Part shown: piece by piece, positions 49,770 to 57,884 of the stretch
How the letters are laid out: every line of letters starts with the position of its first letter
How positions within the stretch are numbered: position 1 is the first letter of the stretch
NCBI GenBank assembly: GCA_963836075.1
Contig: CAWIIB010000009.1
Location: 1,728,001-1,792,000 of the forward strand
Origin: an uncultured Acidobacteriota bacterium
Lineage (GTDB): Bacteria > Acidobacteriota > JAQAZP01
Length of the DNA stretch: 64,000 bases
Reading direction: 5' to 3'
The notes under the pieces: generated by a model
What the model saw: only the letters and a program-made list of their open reading frames with translations
Database searches by the model: none
Told to the model about the DNA's origin: nothing
Program-made: the position numbers and the translations under genes

Positions 49770-51785
49770 ATGCGGATGTTCTCACACGATCACCTCCGGC
49801 GCCCACTCAGCGCCTTGGGGGTGGTGATGCTTCTGGCCCTTCTCGGCGCGGCACCGGCCGCGGCCAGCGTGGAAACACTCTCCAACGCGTTCGCCGCCGC
49901 ATCACCGGGAAGCGGGTACGACACCCTGCTGGTGCTGGATGGGCAAAATATCTACACCGGTGGCTTAACCCTTCCCCCGGGTAACCACTGCATCCTGGGC
50001 AATGGAGCGGTCCTCAACCTCCAGGGCCTGAGCGTGGAAGCGGGCAACGGGGTGATCCTCGACGTCAGCGGCTGCTCCTTCACCAACGGCGTCATGGGCC
50101 TGGATTTCACTGCCGGTTCCATGGGCCACGTGGAGTGCTGCAATTTCATCGGCAACAATGACGGCCTGCGGGCCTGGGAAGGTTCGTCGGTGACCCTGGT
50201 CAGCAACAACTTTGTCGACAACAGCCACTACGGGGTCTACCGCCACGAGTATGGCGGGGTGTTCAACGCCTACAACAATGCCTGGGGCAACGCGGTTAAC
50301 GACTACGTCTACTATTGCCCCGGGTGAGGCGGCGGATCGGACTCCGCTGAGAGTCCGGTGCCGGGTACCGGCACCATTTACGCTGATCCGCTCTTCGCCA
50401 TGGAATACATCAACGATTTCCACCTCACCGCTCCTTCCCCCTGTGTGGGCACCGGCCTCGACAGCTACGACATCGGCGCTCTGCCGTTCACCGTCCGCGC
50501 CGCAGCCCCCGGCGGCATCTCTGCCACACCGGTGGGGGTCACCGAGGACTGTGACCTCGCCTGGACCAACCCGACCCACGACACCGACGGAAACGTCCTG
50601 GCATCGCTGGACGGGGTCAACGTCTACCGCAACGGCGAACTGCTGACCACCCTGTCCCCGGCCTCGCCCGGCCAGGCGATGAACCATACCGACACCGTTC
50701 CCATCTCCGACTGGTGCCGCTACACCGTTTCGGCGGTGAGCGGGGGCACTGAAGGGCTGCGCGGCAGCCACGCCGAACTATGGGTCGGCGGCGACGTCAC
50801 CGGGATCCTGGTCTGGAACCTCGGCACGCAAAAGGAGAACGGTGAAGCGGTGCGCGACGCCATCCTCAGCCGGTCCTATGACAACGTTGTGCGCCTGGTG
50901 GAACAGCCTGGCCGCTACCCGCTCTCCGACGGCGTGGACGCTGTCTTCGTGCTCCTCGGGGTCTACGGATGGAACTACGTCCTCGGAGACACCGAGAGCC
51001 AGCTGCTGGTGGACTACCTCGACATGGGCGGCAATGTCTACATGGAGGGGAGTGACACCTGGTATTTTGATCTGGCCACGCCCGTTCACACCTACTTCAA
51101 CATCAACGGTGTCGCCGACGGCAGTGCCGACTGCGCCACCGTGCGCGGTGCGGCGGGCACCTTTACCGACGGGATGAACTTCACCTACACCGGCAACAAC
51201 TCCTACATCGACCACCTGGCCCCCATCGGCTCGGCGTTCACCATCCTGAGCAACGTCACCCCGGCCTATGACGCCTGCGTGGCCTACGACAGCGGCAGCT
51301 ACAGGACCATCGGCTGCTCCTTCGACTTTGCCGGCCTCAGCGGCGGCTCGGCGAGGGAAACCCAGGCGGAGCTGATGGCCGCCATGCTCGAATTCTTCGG
51401 CCTGACCAATGGATATGTGGACACCCTGACGGTGGAGCTGGCCTGCACCCCGGACAGCGGCACGCTGCCCTTTGCCTTCCAGCTGGCGGTGTCGATACAG
51501 AACCTCACCGACCAGTCGCGGGTGATGGCCGCCCATCTCGATGTGGTTCTCGCGTCGGGCGCCTCCTATCCCAACTTCCGCGCCGGCTACACCACCATGG
51601 GGCCCGGCGAGACGTTCAGCACCAGCTGGATGCAGACCCTGCCCGCACTGAGTGGGCTGGTGGGAGCCAACCTGATGGTCCTCACCGGCCAGGATGTTAC
51701 GCCTGCGCCCTACAACCAGCCGCCGTACCACCCCTCGGGCGATACGGACGCCACCGCGGTCGAACTGTTCGGCATCCATCCCTAG
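49770..51785 (+). CDS. secreted beta-helix/FN3 protein with in-frame TGA (putative selenocysteine in CxxU) and C-terminal module A
   Basis: ORFs 49770-50327 and 50358-51785 share a frame and are separated only by TGA 50325-50327: YNNAWGN...YYCPG-U-GGGSDSAESPVPGTGTIYADPLF...DFHL..SPCVGTG. Confidence 0.75.
50328..50363 (+). promoter_or_regulatory. putative bacterial SECIS element
   Basis: Stem ATCGGACTC (50336-44) / GAGTCCGGT (50351-59), loop CGCTGA beginning 17 nt after UGA with G at position 2; lower stem CGGC/GCCG. Confidence 0.68.
51420..51785 (+). repeat. C-terminal module A, copy 3
   Basis: VELACTPDSGTLPFAF...NFRAGYTTM...WMQTLPALSGLVGAN...GQDVTPAPYNQPPYHPSGD. Confidence 0.85.
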
Positions 51786-51796
51786 TTCGCTACGCC

Positions 51797-51829
51797 GCCG
51801 GCCCGGCATTCCCGTCGGGCCGGCATTTT
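51797..51829 (+). terminator. intrinsic terminator
   Basis: gccggcccggc attccc gtcgggccggc followed by atttt, just after the stop codon. Confidence 0.6.
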
Positions 51830-51980
51830 CATGTACGCAATCAGGGGTGGCCACCAACAGCCTGTCAATTTCGTCCTGTCGCCTCTTGCTCAGTTGTATT
51901 AAGATGGGGTGCAGAACAGAATCAGACCGGTGAGCGGTATTCATCCGGACGGTCTGGAACCCACAAAAGGAGCAGCGCAC

Positions 51981-52091
51981 ATGGGCCGCGACAAGGGAAG
52001 TAAGGACAAGGGCAAAAAAGAGCAGCAGAAAGCTCCCAAACTCACACTGAAGGAAAAACGTAAACTGAAGAAAGAGAAGAAGAGCAAATAG
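51981..52091 (+). CDS. 36-aa lysine-rich small protein
   Basis: AAAAGGAG RBS; MGRDKGSKDKGKKEQQKAPKLTLKEKRKLKKEKKSK. Confidence 0.7.
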   Translation: MGRDKGSKDKGKKEQQKAPKLTLKEKRKLKKEKKSK

Positions 52092-52092
52092 T

Positions 52093-54306
52093 TCAGAATC
52101 GTCCTGCAGCCACCTTTGTCCCGTGAGTCCACCCTTCGGGGTAGGCCTCGAAGGAGAACCAGAGCGTGGCCTGCAGCCCATCGTATGTGAAGACCTTCAC
52201 CGGTGATCCCACTGTCGGATCCGGGCCGCCTCCCACCACGATCTCGTTCCGGCCGTCATCGGTGAGATCGGTGCCGGCAAAAATCTCGGCGCCGTATCGC
52301 GCCTGTTCCAGCGGCCAGGCAAAGAAGCTCAGCCCGGGCATCGGAGCCACCTCAGCCCCGTCGTAGTTCCAGCCGCGGATGTGGGCTGGGAAAAGCGCGC
52401 TCGGGCCTGGAGCGGTGATGATCTCTTCCATGCCGTCGCCGTCCACATCGCCGCAGGTTACTTCCACACCGAACTTGTTGGTGCCGTAGGCCATAAAACT
52501 CACTCCGGGTATGGGGTCGGTGTGCGGGTCGGAGGAGGTGATGAAGCAGTTCCAGCCGCGCACGTGGGGCCCGAAAACCGCCCCGGGACCGGCACCGGTG
52601 ACGATCTCGTCCCTGCCGTCACCGTCGATGTCGCCGGCGGCCACGTTGACCCCCCACTTGTTGGTCCCGTAGGCGAAGAAATTGACGCCGGGCACGGGGA
52701 AGGATCCGGTACCACCATCGCTAAGGAAGGCCCGGACGTGGGGACCGAAGACCGCTCCCGGACCGGGGCCGGTGATGATCTCGTCATGCCCATCGTTGTC
52801 GATGTCTCCGGCTGCGACGTTGACACCCCACTTGTGGGTTCCGTAGGCAATAAATGACGTATAGGGGACAGCATACCCGCTCGGTTCGAAAATACGGACG
52901 TGGGGCCCGAAAACGGCGCCCGGCCCGGCGCCGGTGATAATTTCGGGGGTATCGTCATCGAACAGGTTGCCGGTGGTCACATTGGCTCCGTAGTGTTGGG
53001 AGGAATACGCGTTGAACTCCTCCACCTGCAGCGGGTCCTGGCCCGGGATGAACAGACGTACCCTTGTCGGGTTGTCATATGCCGGACCGGGGCCGGTGAC
53101 CACGGCAGGGCCGTCGTTGGTGCTGAACAGGTCGCTCCACTCGTACTCCAGCCGCGGCGTGTTGCCCGGATCGAGACGCCCCTGGACCCAGATGGTCATC
53201 TCCTCCCGGCCGCGATACGCGACGCTCATCTTGTGCAGGCCGCTCGATCCCATCAGCGACCAGTGGCTCTGCAGGTCCTTGGTCCCGCCCTGGTCGTAGT
53301 AGTCGGCCATGAACTCGGCGCCCGCCGGGGTGTAGGTGCCGTCAGTCCAGGCGTTGGCGGTGAGCAGCACGTCGCCACCGAAGTAGGAGGCCTTGGGCGT
53401 ACGGAGGTCGTAGAAGCCCGAGTCCCGGCTGCAGGTGAAGACGCCGCCGTAGCCAACGGGTACGAAGCAGTTGATGAAGCTGCCGGTCCAGGTGTGGACC
53501 CCTTCCAGATCATGCCAGGAATCGTAGAGGTGTTCATCGATGGACGAAAACCAGTTTGGCTCGGTTGTAATGTAACGCGCCGCCGCGGTGCGCAGCAGGG
53601 CGTCGGCGTGGGGCACGCCGCCGGTGTTGTAGTCGTGCAGCGAGACCTGGGTGCCGTATTCGTTGAGCGTGGTGATGCCCACCACATAGCCGGCCCAGGA
53701 GAGACCCAGCCAGGCAGTGCCGTCACTGGGCTCCCAGGCGCAGAGCACGTGGTGGTTGATCGAGGTGTAGGGGCTGCCGAAGTCGAGGCGGCGGGTGGAG
53801 AGGGTTTTCACCGGCGGCTCGACGAACTGGCCCCAGCAGGAGTGGGAGCGGCAGGCCGGCGGGTAGCTCCAGTCGCCATACCCGTTGGCCACCTTGAGGT
53901 CCAGTTTGTCGATACTCTCCCCGGGGTACAGTTCGGCCAGGGCGTCCACCATGCCGTCCAGTTCACTCTCGATCACCACCGGCATCCAGGTGGCGTCGTC
54001 CATGGCCTGACGCATGGCGTCGTAGCCGCTGCCCAGGATTGACACCATGTCGTTGTGTATGGCAACGATCTCGTCGGCCAGCAGGTAGCCATGGGCATAG
54101 CCCATATCGTAGTGCGAACCCCAGACGTGGAGAACCGTGTAGCCCTTGCCCTCGGCGTCCACCTGCTGGTCGAGAATCACGCCGTTGACGGCCAGGGCCG
54201 GAAGAGCGGCTATTGAAAAGAGAATGAAAACGAAAAAGGCGATGCCGGCGGTGGACCATAACGAAGAGTGATCAATGGAGCGGTTCGGAATCTTGAGATG
54301 AGCCAT
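52093..54306 (-). CDS. secreted Ntn-hydrolase (C45/acid-ceramidase-like) with module B
   Basis: GSHYDMGYAHG, internal A-CRS putative autocleavage Cys, RRLDF, G.TTLNEYG; module B about 52093-53110. Confidence 0.75.
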   Translation of the reverse strand: MAHLKIPNRSIDHSSLWSTAGIAFFVFILFSIAALPALAVNGVILDQQVDAEGKGYTVLHVWGSHYDMGYAHGYLLADEIVAIHNDMVSILGSGYDAMRQAMDDATWMPVVIESELDGMVDALAELYPGESIDKLDLKVANGYGDWSYPPACRSHSCWGQFVEPPVKTLSTRRLDFGSPYTSINHHVLCAWEPSDGTAWLGLSWAGYVVGITTLNEYGTQVSLHDYNTGGVPHADALLRTAAARYITTEPNWFSSIDEHLYDSWHDLEGVHTWTGSFINCFVPVGYGGVFTCSRDSGFYDLRTPKASYFGGDVLLTANAWTDGTYTPAGAEFMADYYDQGGTKDLQSHWSLMGSSGLHKMSVAYRGREEMTIWVQGRLDPGNTPRLEYEWSDLFSTNDGPAVVTGPGPAYDNPTRVRLFIPGQDPLQVEEFNAYSSQHYGANVTTGNLFDDDTPEIITGAGPGAVFGPHVRIFEPSGYAVPYTSFIAYGTHKWGVNVAAGDIDNDGHDEIITGPGPGAVFGPHVRAFLSDGGTGSFPVPGVNFFAYGTNKWGVNVAAGDIDGDGRDEIVTGAGPGAVFGPHVRGWNCFITSSDPHTDPIPGVSFMAYGTNKFGVEVTCGDVDGDGMEEIITAPGPSALFPAHIRGWNYDGAEVAPMPGLSFFAWPLEQARYGAEIFAGTDLTDDGRNEIVVGGGPDPTVGSPVKVFTYDGLQATLWFSFEAYPEGWTHGTKVAAGRF

Positions 54307-54405
54307 TGTGCCCTCCGCAGGTTGGACGTAATCCGGAAGTAATCGCTTCATCAATGAGAGAATTTATATCACGATGAGAGAGGGCCGGCAACGGTGGGGT
54401 AGCAC

Positions 54406-54446
54406 AAAAAAGGGGACCAGCACCGGAAAGTGCCAGTCCCCTTTGG
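54406..54446 (-). terminator. intrinsic terminator
   Basis: aaaggggac...gtcccctttg hairpin with a U-tract on the minus strand. Confidence 0.6.
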
Positions 54447-54483
54447 GTTCCTTGTCCTGTTATTTCTCGTAAAGCAACCGTTC

Positions 54484-57400
54484 CTAGAAATCCCCTCCGG
54501 CGATCTTACCTCCCTGGACCAGTCCCAGGTCACCATAGGCGTCGAAGTCGATGGTGGTGATGGGCGTCGCCGTTCCGCCGTCCACGTTCCAGGCCCGGGC
54601 CAGGGCCGTCTGGGACGGGTCGGGTCCAGGCATGGTCAGGATCTCGTCAGTCCCGTCTCCGTCCACGTCCGCACCAGCCACCTGCGCACCGTAGAGGGCG
54701 CCGGGGTAGGCGAAGAAGTTGACTCCGGACAGTGAAGTCACCGTGCCGCCATCGTAGTTCCACCCCCGGACCTGCGGTCCGAAGACCACACCCGGTCCGG
54801 GACCGGTGATGATCTCGTCGATCCCGTCGCCGTCGATATCGGCACAGGCCACGTTGACACCGTATTTCAGGGTGCCGTAGGCGAAAAAGCTCACCGCGGG
54901 GATGGATGCGGCCGCGCCGCCGTCGACGTTCCAGCCGCGGACGTGCGGACCGAAGACAGCCCCCGGGCCGGCGCCGGTGACGATCTCGTCGTAGCCGTCG
55001 CCGTCGATGTCACCGCAGTCCACGTTGACCCCCCACTTCAGCGTCCCGTAGGAGAAATAGCTGATGCCGGGGATGGATGCGGCCGCACCGCCGTCCACGT
55101 TCCAGCCGCGGACATGGGGCCCGAAGACGGCCCCCGGGCCGGCGCCGGTGATGATCTCGTCATTGCCGTCGCCGTCGACGTCGCCGCAGGCCACGTTTAC
55201 TCCATACTTCAGTGTGCCGTAGGCGAAGTAGTTGACACCGCTCACGGGAGTGCCGCTGCCGCTAAAGGCCCGGACGTGGGGGCCGAAGATGGCGCCGGGC
55301 CCCGGCCCGGTGACGATCTCGTCGGTACCGTTACCGTCAAGGTCACCGACGGCCACGTTGACGCCATACCCGTCCGCGCCGTAGGCCGACCACTGGGTGA
55401 TGGCGGAAGTGGGGTTGGCGGCATTCCAGGTGCGCACCAGGGTGGGGTTCGCCTGGGCCTGGCCGGGTCCGGTGACCAGCTTCAGCGAACTGGGGGCGGC
55501 AGCGGTGGTGGCGCTGAGCATCAGTTCGTCGACCACGATACGCCCCTCGTCGGAGCCCCATGACGGGCCACAGTCGAAGCGGATCGCCGCCACGTTGGCC
55601 AGGTTGAGGCCGGAACCGTTGTTGAGGAAGTCGGTGAGCCGGATGCGGGTCACTTCCATCTCGTTGTGCCACCCGCTGCTGCGGTCGTAGGGCTGCTCCA
55701 GGCCGCCGCCATACGCCCCGATGTTGATCGAGCTGGTGTTGCCGCTGCCGTCGCGCAGGGTGACGCTGAAGGTCAGGTCGCCCATGACGGCCAGCGTGTT
55801 GGGGTGCCGTGTTCCCTGGGCCCCGCGGAAGGAGAAGTAGTCGTAGTCGGCAAAGTTGCTCAGTCCGGGAACGACTTCCCATTCGATGTAGTGGTCGGCC
55901 CCGGTCCAGTCGAAGACCACCCCCGCGCTGTCGTCTGATCCCTGCGACGAGGCCTGGGTCGCCCCATTGAACGGGTCGCTGGCCGACCAGGCGAAACTGC
56001 TGGTGCTGTCGTCCATACGGCCTTCCGTCACGTTCTCCACCGTGAAGGTGACGGCCCCCCCGGAGCTGCTGACCATGGTGGACGGGCTGCTCTGGAAGTC
56101 GTCGATATAGGCGGTTGTTGACGGGTCACCGTTGCGATACTCGTGGGTCACCACGATGCAGGGGTTGGTGACATCCACGCCGATGGGGTGGAAGCGTTCA
56201 TACTGCCGCCAGAGGAAGTCGTGGGCCGGGATGTTGCCTTCGATGTAGTGCTTGACCAGCGGCAGGAAATATCCCTGCTGGATGAGGTGCGTGTTCTCCT
56301 CGCCGATGGAGCAGGGCCCGGTGAACCAGGAAGTGCCGCCGCCGTCGTGGAACCAGCCGTGGCCGGTGCCCTGCACCACCGTCGACTGCCGGTGGCTGGT
56401 GGCCCGGTCGTGCAGGTGGAAGGTCTGGCAGAGGTCGCAGCCCGCCGAGCCGTCGACGTCCGCGTCCCCCGCGGCCGTCCAGAGGTGGTAGTTGACATCG
56501 TGGGGGTTGGAGCTGTTGGTCTTGAGAAAATCGGTGGGCAGCATGCTGCTCAGTAGTTTTATATCGCTGATGGTGAAGTTGTCCGGGGTGTACGCTCCGT
56601 CGAAGAGCCGGTCGTAGGCCCGGGCAATCCCCTCGCCGCCGCGGCTGTGGCCGATCCAGGTGATGGCGTGGGAGTTGAGGTGCCCGTCCAGCACGCCCCC
56701 GCCGATGGAGCCCTGGTTACCGATGATGTAGTCGGTATTGGTCAGCGTGGTGGTGGAGGCGGTCTCGATCCCCGGCCCGGTGTTGTTCTGGTGAGACATG
56801 ACGATGTAGCCATAGGAGGCCAGGTGGTAGCCGATGTGGTCATACCAAATATATTGGTGGCCGTTGCCGTGGCTGATAACCACCAAGGGCAGCTGGCCCA
56901 TGGTGGCGATGTCGGTGGGGTAGTAGAGATCCTGGCCGAGATAAGACCCGCCGCTGTAGATGATCTCGGTCACATCCAGCGGGCCGGGCTGGGTGGTGTC
57001 GTGCACCATGTAAAATCCGGCCTCGCTGCCGAAACCGTCGATGTAGTCCGGGTCGTCCAGCTGGCCGTTCTGGTTCATGTCGACGACCACGTCATACCCC
57101 ACGCCGAGGCCGGTGCCGGCATCGGCGTCGAGGGTGTCGGCCGCGGCCACCACCCGGCGGTTGTCCTGGATCGAGGCCCCGCTGAAGGTGATGGCCAGCG
57201 GTCCACCGGCCACGTCGGTCAGCGCCGGGTCCGATGTCCACTGGGCTTCGTCTTTCGCCTCGACGATATAGATGTCCGCCGTTTGACCCACGATGCCCGG
57301 GAAACGGAAGGGGTCCATGGCCACGCGCACTTCGGCATCGACGTTGATTGCCCTGACATACTCAAAATAGGGGTAGACGGGACTGTTGTTGCCGGCAAGC

Positions 57401-57507
57401 TCGGTTCGCTGCCCGGCAGGCGGAGGCGCAGCCTGGGCAATGCCTGTGGCGACGATCAGCAGCAAAGCCGCTGTGAGTAGTGAGGCCGTGAAGGCTCTAC
57501 ACACCAT
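54484..57507 (-). CDS. secreted alpha/beta hydrolase (chlorophyllase/PET-hydrolase-like) with module B
   Basis: Signal peptide; PLVVISHGNG, HLASYGYIV, GHSRGGE, D.DV, GTGHGWF; module B about 54484-55490; alternative GTG start at 57549. Confidence 0.8.
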   Translation of the reverse strand: MVCRAFTASLLTAALLLIVATGIAQAAPPPAGQRTELAGNNSPVYPYFEYVRAINVDAEVRVAMDPFRFPGIVGQTADIYIVEAKDEAQWTSDPALTDVAGGPLAITFSGASIQDNRRVVAAADTLDADAGTGLGVGYDVVVDMNQNGQLDDPDYIDGFGSEAGFYMVHDTTQPGPLDVTEIIYSGGSYLGQDLYYPTDIATMGQLPLVVISHGNGHQYIWYDHIGYHLASYGYIVMSHQNNTGPGIETASTTTLTNTDYIIGNQGSIGGGVLDGHLNSHAITWIGHSRGGEGIARAYDRLFDGAYTPDNFTISDIKLLSSMLPTDFLKTNSSNPHDVNYHLWTAAGDADVDGSAGCDLCQTFHLHDRATSHRQSTVVQGTGHGWFHDGGGTSWFTGPCSIGEENTHLIQQGYFLPLVKHYIEGNIPAHDFLWRQYERFHPIGVDVTNPCIVVTHEYRNGDPSTTAYIDDFQSSPSTMVSSSGGAVTFTVENVTEGRMDDSTSSFAWSASDPFNGATQASSQGSDDSAGVVFDWTGADHYIEWEVVPGLSNFADYDYFSFRGAQGTRHPNTLAVMGDLTFSVTLRDGSGNTSSINIGAYGGGLEQPYDRSSGWHNEMEVTRIRLTDFLNNGSGLNLANVAAIRFDCGPSWGSDEGRIVVDELMLSATTAAAPSSLKLVTGPGQAQANPTLVRTWNAANPTSAITQWSAYGADGYGVNVAVGDLDGNGTDEIVTGPGPGAIFGPHVRAFSGSGTPVSGVNYFAYGTLKYGVNVACGDVDGDGNDEIITGAGPGAVFGPHVRGWNVDGGAAASIPGISYFSYGTLKWGVNVDCGDIDGDGYDEIVTGAGPGAVFGPHVRGWNVDGGAAASIPAVSFFAYGTLKYGVNVACADIDGDGIDEIITGPGPGVVFGPQVRGWNYDGGTVTSLSGVNFFAYPGALYGAQVAGADVDGDGTDEILTMPGPDPSQTALARAWNVDGGTATPITTIDFDAYGDLGLVQGGKIAGGDF

Positions 57508-57825
57508 GCCGTAATTCTCCCTGCCGGATCTTTCTCTAATTGTGGTCACGAAGTTCTCCTTCTCACCTGTTCGAGGTTCCGGAGGGCATGGCCGGTGGCC
57601 CCCGGTGATCGACACCTACCTGATAGTTTGGAGACGATGCGCCTGTTCCTCATCACCGGGCTGGCTGGCACGCGGGGCAAAGTCCCCGCACCCCGCGACC
57701 GGTTCCCACCATGGGAAACCACCAGGCCGCGGAGGAAGGTGCCGTGCACGGCACCGGTGTCACTGACATCGCGGTGGAGGAAGTTGTGCAGGCGTCCGGC
57801 AAGAATAATAGCACACTGACGACAA

Positions 57826-57851
57826 AGGGCGCGGGGAAAATCCCCGCGCCC
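57826..57851 (-). terminator. intrinsic terminator hairpin
   Basis: gggcgcgggga aaa tccccgcgccc perfect stem, followed by TTT on the minus strand. Confidence 0.65.
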
Positions 57852-57884
57852 GTAATTTAAAAGTTAACTATGTGGAGATCGACC

